DNA of 64,000 nucleotides from an uncultured Candidatus Binatia bacterium (GCA_965219905.1 CBDCOS010000004.1:48696-112695); one strand, 5' to 3'; shown: positions 35,278-44,421, counted from the stretch's first letter. Notes: generated by a model from the sequence alone, not told the origin. Made by a program: numbers and translations.

Positions 35278-36291
35278 ATGGCGATCAGAAAAGGCCTGGG
35301 CATCGGCTCCATGTACTACGGCATCGGCTACGGCTTCAGCCGGGCCGACATCGGCTCGGCCGAGATCGAGATGGCCGAGGACGGCACCACCACGGTCTAC
35401 TCGGGGGCGTGCGACATGGGCCAGGGGGTCATGACCGTGGTGACCCAGGTGGCCGCGGAGGAGTTGGGCATCGAGCCGGACCAGATCCGCGTGGTGGCCG
35501 CCGATACCGGCAGCACGCCGGACGCGGGGCCCACCTCGGGCAGCCGCGCCACCTTCGTCCAGGGCGTGGCGGTGCAGAACGCGGCCCAGGAGTTGCGCGG
35601 GCAGATCCTGGACATGGCCTCGCGCATGCTGGAGTGCCCCAAGGAGAACCTGCACGTGCGGCGGGGCGAGGTGTGCGAGGTCGGCACCGACCGGCCGCTG
35701 GTGTCGGTGGGCAAGGTGGCACACCAGCTCCACTTCCACGGGCGGCGGGCGGCGGCCTGGGGCTGGCATGACAACACCACCGCCGACGTGGACCCGGAGA
35801 CCTCCCAGGGCGACGCCTACGCCACCTACGGCTGGGCCACGCAGTTGGCGGAGGTGGAGGTGGACACCGAGACCGGCCGCATCCGGCTGACCAAGCTGGT
35901 GTCGGCCACCGACGCCGGCAAGGCCATCAACCCGGTGGCGGTGGAGGGGCAGATCGAGGGCGGCGCCGCCATGGGCCTGGGCTACGGCCTCTACGAGCAG
36001 CACATCCTGGAGAACGGCGTGCCGCGCACGGCCTCGCTGGCATTCTATCTCGTGCCCACCTCCATGGACGTACCCGACATCGAGTGCGAGATCGTGGAGG
36101 TGCCCGATCCCCGGGGCCCGTTCGGCGCCAAGGGCGTGGCCGAGCCGGCCACCATTCCCACGACGCCGGCCATCCTCAACGCCATCTATGACGCCATCGG
36201 CATCCGCATCACCGAGACGCCCATCACGCCGGAACGGGTCTTCTTCGCCATCCAGGAGGCCAGGGCCCGGGGCGAGTTCGAAGAAGACTGA
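35278..36291 (+). CDS. Molybdenum hydroxylase molybdopterin subunit, C-terminal part (M-like)
   Basis: GIGSMYYGIGYG, CDMGQGV, DTGSTPDAGPTSGSR and PFGAKGVAEPA. ATG lies 6 nt after the in-frame TAG. Confidence 0.85.
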   Translation: MAIRKGLGIGSMYYGIGYGFSRADIGSAEIEMAEDGTTTVYSGACDMGQGVMTVVTQVAAEELGIEPDQIRVVAADTGSTPDAGPTSGSRATFVQGVAVQNAAQELRGQILDMASRMLECPKENLHVRRGEVCEVGTDRPLVSVGKVAHQLHFHGRRAAAWGWHDNTTADVDPETSQGDAYATYGWATQLAEVEVDTETGRIRLTKLVSATDAGKAINPVAVEGQIEGGAAMGLGYGLYEQHILENGVPRTASLAFYLVPTSMDVPDIECEIVEVPDPRGPFGAKGVAEPATIPTTPAILNAIYDAIGIRITETPITPERVFFAIQEARARGEFEED

Positions 36292-36307
36292 AACGGGAGG
36301 AAAGGAA

Positions 36308-36997
36308 TTGGGTCATCGCGTCGGACTGCTCGTCCCCTCGTCCAACACGGTCATGGAGGTGGACTTCTACCGCCACCTGCCGGCGTCGGCCACGGTCCAC
36401 ACCGGCCGGATGTACATGGAAGCCACCACGGTCAAGGGCGAGGAGGAGATGCTCGACAAGCACTGCCTGCCGGCGTCGGCCGACGTGGCCACCGCCAAGC
36501 CGGACCTGATGGTGTTCGGCTGCACCAGCGCCGGGGCGTTGCGGGGCAATGCCTACGACGCCGAGCTGTGCCGCCGCATCTCCGATGTCGCCGGCAAGCC
36601 CACCGTCAGCGTCATCGAGTCGGTGCGGCGCAAGCTGATGTCGCTGGAGGCGCGGCGGGTGGCGGTGCTCACGCCCTATATCGAGGACCTCAACGTCCGC
36701 ATCAAGGCCAGCGTGGAGGACGACGGCATCGAGGTGGCCTCGATCCACGGCATGGGCATCAGCGTCAACTTCAACCTGGCGCTGGTGGAGCCGCCGGAGA
36801 TCCTGGCCTTCGCCCGGGAGAAGCTGGGCGCCCGTCCGCGGGTGGACGCCCTGTTCATCTCCTGCACCAACTACCAGGCGGTGGCGACGCTGCCGGAGTT
36901 GAAGAAGCTGTACGACATGCCCATTGTAACCAGCAACCAGGCCGCCCTCGAGGCGGTGGGCCGGGCGCTGGACCTGGAGCTGGTGGGCATGGGATGA
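36308..36997 (+). CDS. Asp/Glu-racemase-superfamily enzyme, maleate cis-trans isomerase-like (alternatively arylmalonate decarboxylase-like)
   Basis: VGLLVPSSNTV plus two candidate catalytic cysteines in FGCTSAG and FISCTNY. TTG start with GGGAGGAAAGG upstream. Confidence 0.65.
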   Translation: MGHRVGLLVPSSNTVMEVDFYRHLPASATVHTGRMYMEATTVKGEEEMLDKHCLPASADVATAKPDLMVFGCTSAGALRGNAYDAELCRRISDVAGKPTVSVIESVRRKLMSLEARRVAVLTPYIEDLNVRIKASVEDDGIEVASIHGMGISVNFNLALVEPPEILAFAREKLGARPRVDALFISCTNYQAVATLPELKKLYDMPIVTSNQAALEAVGRALDLELVGMG

Positions 36998-37102
36998 ATG
37001 CTGGCCGCTGCCGTAACGGTGACACCGGGGATAGGGGCGACCGGCGTTCGCCCTCCGGGACCGGAGACGACGTGAGGAACAACACCAGGAGGAGGAAACC
37101 CC

Positions 37103-37975
37103 ATGGAATTCATGAAGCTCGACGGCGCCGTGGACCTGCACGTGCACTCCTATCCGTGCGTGTTCCAGCGGCGGGTGGATGACCGGGAGGCGGTGAAGGC
37201 CGCCTCGGAGGCGGGGATGGCGGCCATCGTGCTGAAGTGCCATCACGAGAGCACGGTGAGCCGGGCCTACCTGATCCAGAAGGAGTTCCCGGACATCAAG
37301 GTGTTCGGCGGCGTGGTGATGAACCAGTTCGTCGGCGGCATCAATCCGGCCGCGGCCGAGGTGGCCCTCCGGCTCGGCGCCAAGGAGGTCTGGATGCCCA
37401 CTATCGACGCCGCCCACCACGTGGATATCCACGGCGCCCGGGGCAGCTACGACACCCAGACCAGCGGCTCGGACTTCGTCTGGGGCGACCCCATCTCCGC
37501 GGTGAAGGACGGCAAGGTGGTGAACGAGGCCTTGGTGGTGCTGGAGCTCATCGCCAAGCACGACGCCATCCTGGGCACCGCGCATCTCTCCCTGGGAGAG
37601 ATCGAGCTGCTGGTGAAGGCGGCCCACGAGCGGGGGGTGAAGAAGATCCTGATCACCCACCCCTACTTCCGGGTGCCCGCGGGCATGAACCTGGACTTCC
37701 TGAAGCAGATGATGCGCTACGGCGCCATCGGCGAGTTCGGCTACTGCACCATCTCGCCCATGTGGGCCTACGTGAACCTGGAGTTCACCAAGGGCATCAT
37801 GGACTCCATGGGCTTCGACAACTGCCTGGTCATGAGCGACACCGGCCAGTCCCACAACCCGCTGCCCCCGGAGGCGCTGTGGCTCTATGCCCAGGGCCTG
37901 TACGAGAAGGGCGTCTCGCCCCGCAACGTCGAGAAGCTCATCGTCGACAACCCGCGGGCGATGCTGGGCATCTGA
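37103..37975 (+). CDS. Metal-dependent hydrolase-like protein (amidohydrolase/PHP-like fold, DUF6282-like)
   Basis: DLHVHS near the N-terminus, then further His clusters (KCHHES, AAHHVDIHG, ITHP). AGGAGGAGG RBS. The family name is from memory only. Confidence 0.5.
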   Translation: MEFMKLDGAVDLHVHSYPCVFQRRVDDREAVKAASEAGMAAIVLKCHHESTVSRAYLIQKEFPDIKVFGGVVMNQFVGGINPAAAEVALRLGAKEVWMPTIDAAHHVDIHGARGSYDTQTSGSDFVWGDPISAVKDGKVVNEALVVLELIAKHDAILGTAHLSLGEIELLVKAAHERGVKKILITHPYFRVPAGMNLDFLKQMMRYGAIGEFGYCTISPMWAYVNLEFTKGIMDSMGFDNCLVMSDTGQSHNPLPPEALWLYAQGLYEKGVSPRNVEKLIVDNPRAMLGI

Positions 37976-38009
37976 GGCTGCGAACGCCCACACGGGAGAG
38001 AGGACAGCC

Positions 38010-39044
38010 ATGACCGATTGGGCATCCCGAGGACGGATCGCGGAGGACATCACTGAGGCGGCGGGGCTGACGCCGCTGCTGCGGCTGCGCAAGGTGGCGG
38101 CGGGACCGCAGGCGTTGTGCGGCAAGCTCGAATTCATGAACCCGTCGTCGAGCCTCAAGGACCGGATCCTGCGGCGCATGGTGCGGAGCGCGGAGGAGCG
38201 GGGGGATCTCAAGCCCGGCATGACCATCCTGGAAGCCTCCACCGGCAGCACCGGCATCGCCACCTCCATGATCGGCGCGGTGTGCGGCTACCCGGTGGTG
38301 GTGGTGATGCCCGAGGGCATGAGCGAGGAGCGCAAGGCGTCCATGCGCGCCTACGGCGCGGAGTTGGTGCTGACCCCCGGGGCGGAGAGCGACGTGGACC
38401 TGTGCCTGGAGAAGGTGGAGGAACTCAAGCGCGCCGAGCCGGACCGCTACTGGGAACCCGGCCAGTTCTCCAACCGGGACAACATCGCCGCCCACTACGA
38501 GACCACGGGGCCGGAGATCTGGCACCAGACCGGCGGCGAGGTGGACGTGTTCGTGGCCTCGCAGGGCAGTGGCGGTACCGTGTCCGGCGTCGGCAAGTAC
38601 CTGAAGGAGCAGAACCCGGAGGCGAGGATCTACGCCGTGGAGCCCGAGGAATGTCCGATCCTGTCGGGCGGCGCCTGGGGCCCCCACGCCATCGAGGGAA
38701 TCGGCGACGGCTTCATCCCGGAGAACCTGGACCTGGACTACGTGGACGGCGTGGTGACGGTTTCCTCCGAGGACTCCATCGCCATGGCCCGGCGCCTGGC
38801 GCGGGAAGAGGGCGTTCTTTGCGGCATCTCGTCCGGCTGCAACGTGTCGGCGGCCAACAAGCTCTCGGCGGCGTTGCCGTCCACGAAGATGATCGTGACC
38901 ATGATCAACGACACCGGCATGCGGTACTTCTCCACGCCGCTGTTCGGAAAGGATCAGACCACCGAGATCCCCGACCGCGAGCACCCCGTTCGTGACGAAG
39001 ACAAGGCCAATCTGGCGCGCCGGAAACTGCACATCGTGCGGTGA
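38010..39044 (+). CDS. Cysteine-synthase-like fold-type-II PLP enzyme (CysK/SbnA-like beta-replacement family)
   Basis: PLP lysine in NPSSSLKDR, plus EASTGSTG and SQGSGGTVSG. Confidence 0.75.
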   Translation: MTDWASRGRIAEDITEAAGLTPLLRLRKVAAGPQALCGKLEFMNPSSSLKDRILRRMVRSAEERGDLKPGMTILEASTGSTGIATSMIGAVCGYPVVVVMPEGMSEERKASMRAYGAELVLTPGAESDVDLCLEKVEELKRAEPDRYWEPGQFSNRDNIAAHYETTGPEIWHQTGGEVDVFVASQGSGGTVSGVGKYLKEQNPEARIYAVEPEECPILSGGAWGPHAIEGIGDGFIPENLDLDYVDGVVTVSSEDSIAMARRLAREEGVLCGISSGCNVSAANKLSAALPSTKMIVTMINDTGMRYFSTPLFGKDQTTEIPDREHPVRDEDKANLARRKLHIVR

Positions 39045-39062
39045 CGTCGCAATGCCCTCGCG

Positions 39063-40322
39063 ATGCCCCTTCCCGAAAGCCTGACCTGCGTCCTTTGCGG
39101 CGCCGTGTACCGGGAAGGTCCCAGCCAATACAGTTGTCCCCAATGCGGCGAGCTCGGCACCCTGCGGGTGGCGTACGACTATGACCGGATCCGGGCGTCG
39201 GCCAGCCGCGACGCCGTGGCTGCCGCGCCGTTCCGGGATCACTGGCGCTATCTGCCGCTGCTGCCGCTGGCCGCCGGCCGGGTCGATTTCCCGCTGGCGG
39301 TGGGAGGGACGCCGCTCTATCCGGTGCCCGGCCTGCGAAAGGCCCTCGGCCTGGAGCACCTGTGGGTCAAGGACGACACCGCCAACCCCTCCGCTTCGCT
39401 GAAGGACCGGGCCAGTTCCGTGGTGCTGCTCAAGGGGCAGGAGCTGGGCCGCCGGGAGTTCGCCACGGCATCCACGGGCAACGCCGGTGCGTCCCTGGCG
39501 TGCCTTTCCGCGGCCCTGGGACTGCCCTGTCACATCTTCGTGCCCGAGACGGCGCCTCGGGCCAAGGTGGCGCAGCTCCTGATCTTCGGCGCCGACGTTC
39601 TTCCCGTCCGCGGCAGCTATTCCGAAGCCTTCAGCCTCTGTGTCGAGGCCGGCGACCGCTTCGGGTGGTACAACCGCAACACCGGCTACAACCCTTACAC
39701 CGTGGAGGGGAAGAAGACCGTGGCGCTGGAGATCGCCGAGCAGCTTGGCTGGGAGCCGCCCGACACGGTCATCGTCGCCACCGGCGACGGCTGTATCCTG
39801 AGCGGCGTCTGGAAGGGGTTCACGGACCTCCACCGGCTGGGATGGATCTCCCGGCTGCCGCGGCTGGTGGCGGCCCAGGCCGAGGGCTCCCAGTCCATCA
39901 AGCAGGCCTTCGATGGCGACGGCACCATCCGTCCCGTGGTGGAAGACACCCTGGCGGACAGCATCAGCGTCGCGTTGCCGCGGAACGGTGTGATGGCGCT
40001 GCAGGATCTGAAGGCTTCCGGCGGGTGTCCGGTAAGCGTGTCCGACGGCGAGATCCTCGAAGCCATGGCGCTGCTGGGCAAGACCGCCGGACTCTTCGCG
40101 GAGCCCGCCGCCGCGGCGGCCGCCGCGGCGCTCGTGAAGCTCGTGGATCAGGGCGAGGTTTCCTGCGACGAGCGCGTCGTGGTCCTGTCCACGGGCCACG
40201 GTCTCAAGGACGTTGATGCGGCATTGTGTGCCGTCGATCCGCCGGAGCCGTTGGACTGCAACATCAATGCGGTAGAGGAAAGAGGACGTTTGTCCGGTAC
40301 GGTGCCACTCTCTCATGGATGA
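39063..40322 (+). CDS. Threonine-synthase-like fold-type-II PLP enzyme with N-terminal zinc ribbon
   Basis: CVLCG...CPQCG ribbon, PLP lysine in NPSASLKDR, ASTGNAG and VLSTGHGLKD. Confidence 0.75.
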   Translation: MPLPESLTCVLCGAVYREGPSQYSCPQCGELGTLRVAYDYDRIRASASRDAVAAAPFRDHWRYLPLLPLAAGRVDFPLAVGGTPLYPVPGLRKALGLEHLWVKDDTANPSASLKDRASSVVLLKGQELGRREFATASTGNAGASLACLSAALGLPCHIFVPETAPRAKVAQLLIFGADVLPVRGSYSEAFSLCVEAGDRFGWYNRNTGYNPYTVEGKKTVALEIAEQLGWEPPDTVIVATGDGCILSGVWKGFTDLHRLGWISRLPRLVAAQAEGSQSIKQAFDGDGTIRPVVEDTLADSISVALPRNGVMALQDLKASGGCPVSVSDGEILEAMALLGKTAGLFAEPAAAAAAAALVKLVDQGEVSCDERVVVLSTGHGLKDVDAALCAVDPPEPLDCNINAVEERGRLSGTVPLSHG

Positions 40323-41710
40323 TGGGAGGCAAGGAGAATCGTGTGCCACAGGACTTGCAGAGTTTCTTGAAGCGATTGAAGGATGAATGCCCCGAGCAGT
40401 TCCTCGAGGTAGAGGAGCCGGTGTCCCGGGAGTTCGAGGCCACGGCCCTGGTCATGGAGGCCGAGCGGCTGCCGACCTGCCCGGCGGTGATGTTCCGGAA
40501 CGTCACCGGGAGCGGATTCACCATGGCGGCCAACGTGCTGGCGCACCGTCCGCGGCTGGCCTGGGCCTTCGGGACCTCGGAGGAGAGGCTGGTGCACGAG
40601 TTCAAGGAGCGCATCCAGCGACCCGTGCCGCCCAAGGTATTGAAGGATGCTCCCTTCCAGGAGAACAGCCGGCAGGGTGACGCGGTGGATCTGGGAGAGC
40701 TCCCCATCCTGACCCATTTCGAGCAGGACGGCGGCCCCTACGTGACCGCAGGGCTGGTGGTGGCGCGGGACCCGCAGTCGGGCATGAGCACGGTGGGATT
40801 CCATCGGATGCAACTCAAGGGGCCGCGCAAGCTGGGAGTGAGCCTGCACTCCCGGCGGCGCATGTTCGAGTACTTCCGGCGTTCGGAGGAAAAGGGCGAG
40901 TCCCTGGAAGCCGCGGTCTGCATCGGCGTGCACCCGCTGGTCTCCCTGGGTGCCTTGACGTTGCCGCCGGCGGGGACGGAGAAGTTCGCGCTGCAGGGAG
41001 GGTTGTTGGGCGAACCCCTGGAGTTGACGCCCTGTGCCACCGTGGACGTCGACGTGCCCCGATGGTCGGAGATCGTCATCGAGGGGCGGATCCTCAAGGA
41101 CGTGCGGGAAAAGGAAGGGCCGTTCGGCGAGTTCACCGGCTACGCTTCGAGCCGGAGCACGGAGAACGTCTTCGAGGCCACCGCCCTGCATTACCGAAAC
41201 GGCGCCGTCTACCAGGACATCAACGGCGGCGACAGCATGGAGCATTGCCGCTGCCTGTCCATGCCCCGGGAGGTGGAGTTCACCAACGTGCTGGGGAAGA
41301 CCATTCCCAACCTCAAGGCGGTGCACGTGCCGGTGCGGTCGGGCATCGGCAGCTTCCACTGTTACGTGTCCCTGCGGAAGACGGCCGAGGGGCAGGGGAA
41401 GCAGGCGATCTTCAGCGTCATGGGCGCCGACCACTACGTCAAGCTGGTGGTGGTGGTGGACGACGACGTCGACATCTTCGACGAGGAGCAGGTGCTGTGG
41501 GCCATCGCCACACGGATGCAGGCCAACCGGGATGTCTTCATCATCGACGAGGCCATGGGCACGCTGCTGGACCCGTCGGCCACCGACGCCATCACCGCGA
41601 AGATGGGCATCGACGCCACCAAACCCTTGGGCGAGTTCGCCTCGACCCTGTCCATCGAGCCGGGGGCGGTGGAGCGCGCCCGGCAGCTCATGGGCAAGTT
41701 GACCGGCTGA
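40319..41710 (+). CDS. UbiD-family decarboxylase, paralog 3 (first of a tandem pair)
   Basis: GGPYVTAG, VGFHRMQL, EKEGPFGEFTGY and VVDDDVDIFDEEQVLWAIATR. ATGA overlap with the upstream stop. Confidence 0.85.
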   Translation: MMGGKENRVPQDLQSFLKRLKDECPEQFLEVEEPVSREFEATALVMEAERLPTCPAVMFRNVTGSGFTMAANVLAHRPRLAWAFGTSEERLVHEFKERIQRPVPPKVLKDAPFQENSRQGDAVDLGELPILTHFEQDGGPYVTAGLVVARDPQSGMSTVGFHRMQLKGPRKLGVSLHSRRRMFEYFRRSEEKGESLEAAVCIGVHPLVSLGALTLPPAGTEKFALQGGLLGEPLELTPCATVDVDVPRWSEIVIEGRILKDVREKEGPFGEFTGYASSRSTENVFEATALHYRNGAVYQDINGGDSMEHCRCLSMPREVEFTNVLGKTIPNLKAVHVPVRSGIGSFHCYVSLRKTAEGQGKQAIFSVMGADHYVKLVVVVDDDVDIFDEEQVLWAIATRMQANRDVFIIDEAMGTLLDPSATDAITAKMGIDATKPLGEFASTLSIEPGAVERARQLMGKLTG

Positions 41711-41714
41711 CGGG

Positions 41715-43304
41715 ATGGGGACTTTCCGGACCTTCCTGGACGATCTGCGGAGCGCCGGCGAGCTGGTGGACATCTGCAAGCCGGTGGACGTCCGGCACAT
41801 CGCGGCCCTGGTGGACCAGGCGTCCACCGCGCTGTTGTTCCACAGGGTGCACGGCTACGAGATGCCCGTGGTCTCCGGGCTGTTGAACGACCGCAAGCGC
41901 ATCGCCCTGTCGGCCGGCTGCGACTACGCGCAGATGGAGCGGCGCCTCAGCCACGCCCTCGACCATCCCATCGATCCGATTGAAGTCAGCGACGGCGGCG
42001 AGCGGACATGGTATCGGGAGGGGGCCGCCGTGGACCTCTTCGACCTGCCGGTGCCGGTCTTCTCCGAGTTCGACGGCGGCCCCACCATTACCGCCGGCGT
42101 TACCCTGGCCCGCGATCCCGAGCACGGCCTGAACGCGGGCACGTACCGTTTCCAGATAAAGGAGCGCGCCCTCACCGGCATCGACATCGTCACGCCCAAC
42201 AACCTGCGCAGGCTGGCGGAGAAGGCCCTGGCGGCCAACGCGCCGCTGCCCGTCTCCATCAACATCGGCACCCACCCGGTGGAGCTGATGGCGTCCCTCT
42301 ACAAGGCGCCCCTGGGGCGCGACGAGCTGGCCATCGCCGGCGGCATGCTGGGGCGGCCGGTGCGCCTGGGCGCCTGCAAGACCATCGACACTCCCTGCCT
42401 GGCGGATGCCGAGATCGTGCTGGAGGCGGAGATCCTCCCCACCGGCTGGACCCGTCAGGAAGGCCGCTTCGGCGAGATGACGCGCCTCATGGGCGACGTG
42501 CACTACAACCCGCACGTGCGGGTGAAGGCCATCGCGCGCCGCCGGGACGCCATCTACTACGCGCTGCACATGCCCTGGGAGAACATCTGGATCAAGGAGC
42601 ACGGTTTCCAGGCGGTGCTCAGGCGGGTCCTCGACGCGGCCGGGGTGACGGTGACCGCGGTGAACGTCACCCCCGGAGGCTGCTGCCACTGGCACGCCGT
42701 GATCGCCATCCGGAAGCAGCCGGGCGATCCCCAGAACGCCATCATGGCGGCGCTGTCGGTGGCGGACCTCAAGCACGTGGTGATCGTGGATGACGAGATC
42801 GATGTCTACGACGCCATGGAGGTGGAATGGGCCATGGCCACCCGGGTGCAGGCGGACCGCGACATTACCATTCTCTCGGACGCCCGCTCGAAGCCCCTGG
42901 ACCCGAGTCTGCCGTTGTCGGAGGGCATCCCCACCACCGCCAAGTGCGGCATCGACGCCACCATCCCCGACGGCGTCCCCAGGGCGCGGTATCAGCGCAT
43001 CACCTATCCTCACGCGGATGAGCTGGACCTCGGCGCCTACCTGGGCGAAGCGGAACCCGGCGATGTGGCCCCCGAGGCCGCGGGGGGCGCCGCCGGCGTC
43101 GCAAGCGTCGGAGATGTCGCGGCGGCCATACGGGAACGGCTCGCCGGCCGCTCCTTGTACTTCAGCGAGATCGCGGACAGCTTTCCTGGAACCGGCCTGA
43201 AGTCCACGGCTCGCGCCATGGGCGAGTTGCACGCGGCCGGGGAGATCGATCAGGACGCGGAGGGACGCTACCGGCTCGTTGACAGCCCCCGAGGGCTGCG
43301 ATAA
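41715..43304 (+). CDS. UbiD-family protein, paralog 4 (divergent, with an approximately 90-aa C-terminal extension)
   Basis: GGPTITAG, AGTYRFQI, QEGRFGEMTRLMG (TGY lost) and IVDDEIDVYDAMEVEWAMATR. It starts 4 nt after paralog 3 ends. Confidence 0.8.
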   Translation: MGTFRTFLDDLRSAGELVDICKPVDVRHIAALVDQASTALLFHRVHGYEMPVVSGLLNDRKRIALSAGCDYAQMERRLSHALDHPIDPIEVSDGGERTWYREGAAVDLFDLPVPVFSEFDGGPTITAGVTLARDPEHGLNAGTYRFQIKERALTGIDIVTPNNLRRLAEKALAANAPLPVSINIGTHPVELMASLYKAPLGRDELAIAGGMLGRPVRLGACKTIDTPCLADAEIVLEAEILPTGWTRQEGRFGEMTRLMGDVHYNPHVRVKAIARRRDAIYYALHMPWENIWIKEHGFQAVLRRVLDAAGVTVTAVNVTPGGCCHWHAVIAIRKQPGDPQNAIMAALSVADLKHVVIVDDEIDVYDAMEVEWAMATRVQADRDITILSDARSKPLDPSLPLSEGIPTTAKCGIDATIPDGVPRARYQRITYPHADELDLGAYLGEAEPGDVAPEAAGGAAGVASVGDVAAAIRERLAGRSLYFSEIADSFPGTGLKSTARAMGELHAAGEIDQDAEGRYRLVDSPRGLR

Positions 43305-43332
43305 CAGCCTGTGGGGCGAAAGGAGAAGGCGG

Positions 43333-44421
43333 ATGCCAACCATCAACGACGCCGACGGCCACATCAACGATTACTTCTTCGGCGACGAGATCGCCAGGTA
43401 CATGCCCGCGGGGAACCAGTTCAGCCAGTTGTTCCCCGTGTTCGACCATCTCCACTTCCGCTACCTGATGAAGAACCGCGTGCCCAAGTACGTCGGCGGC
43501 AGCATGAAGACCGCGCCGGGACCCGAGGAGTGGCTGGCGTTCATCGACGAGACCGGCATCGCCTGGAGCGTGCTCTATCCCAGCGCCGGGCTGGGAGTCG
43601 GGCGCATGGTGTCGGTGGAGTGGGCCATCGCCGCCTGCCGGGCCTACAACAACTGGCTCCACGACCGTTTCACCAGCACCACCCCGCGCCTCAAGGGCGT
43701 GGGCCTCATTCCGATACAGGACGAAGAGGCGGCGGTGGCGGAGCTGCATCGTTGCGTCCGGGAGCTGGGCATGGTCGGCGCCATGCTGCCGTCCAACGGC
43801 GAGGCCATCAAGGGCCAGCTCGGAGCCAAAGCCTACTGGCCGATCTACGAGGAAGCGGAGAAGCTCGGCTGCTGCCTCACCGTGCACGGCGGCGCGCACC
43901 ACCATCTCGGTCTCGACGGCTTCAGCGTCTACTATCCGGTGCACGCCCTGGGCCATCCCTTCGGAGTCATGGTGCAGGCGGCGGCGATGCTGAGCCACGG
44001 CATCTTCGAACGCTTCCCCGGGCTGCGGGTGGGTTTTCTCGAAGGGGGCGCCACCTGGGTGCCGTTCTTCATGGACCGGCTCGACCGCTCGTACAACGAG
44101 GGACACCTCCAGATCGACCTGGCGGGAGACCCCGTCCCAGGCCCACAGCCGGGCGAGAAGGCCAGCGAGCACTTCAAGCGCCACGTCCGGGAGGGGCGGA
44201 TCTTCGTCGGCTTCGACTGCGACGACGCCGGGCTCGCCTTTGCGGTGCAGCAGGCCGGCGCCGAGCCTTTCCTTTTCGCCAGCGACTTCCCCCACGAGAT
44301 CTTCGATGCCGCTACCTGCCGGCACGAGATCGATGAGCTGCTGAAGCGGGAGGACCTTACGCAAGAGCAGAAGGAGGCGGTGCTGGGCGGGAACGCGGCA
44401 CGCCTCTACGGTCTCGCGTAG
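43333..44421 (+). CDS. Amidohydrolase-2 family protein (ACMSD-like hydrolase/decarboxylase fold)
   Basis: INDADGHIND, LTVHGG and ASDFPHE. AAAGGAGAAGG RBS before ATG 43333. Confidence 0.75.
   Translation: MPTINDADGHINDYFFGDEIARYMPAGNQFSQLFPVFDHLHFRYLMKNRVPKYVGGSMKTAPGPEEWLAFIDETGIAWSVLYPSAGLGVGRMVSVEWAIAACRAYNNWLHDRFTSTTPRLKGVGLIPIQDEEAAVAELHRCVRELGMVGAMLPSNGEAIKGQLGAKAYWPIYEEAEKLGCCLTVHGGAHHHLGLDGFSVYYPVHALGHPFGVMVQAAAMLSHGIFERFPGLRVGFLEGGATWVPFFMDRLDRSYNEGHLQIDLAGDPVPGPQPGEKASEHFKRHVREGRIFVGFDCDDAGLAFAVQQAGAEPFLFASDFPHEIFDAATCRHEIDELLKREDLTQEQKEAVLGGNAARLYGLA

Noticed and set aside
37938-40349. 803-aa minus-strand ORF
   Set aside because: It is antisense to the CysK-like and ThrC-like genes, which carry clear PLP-lysine motifs.
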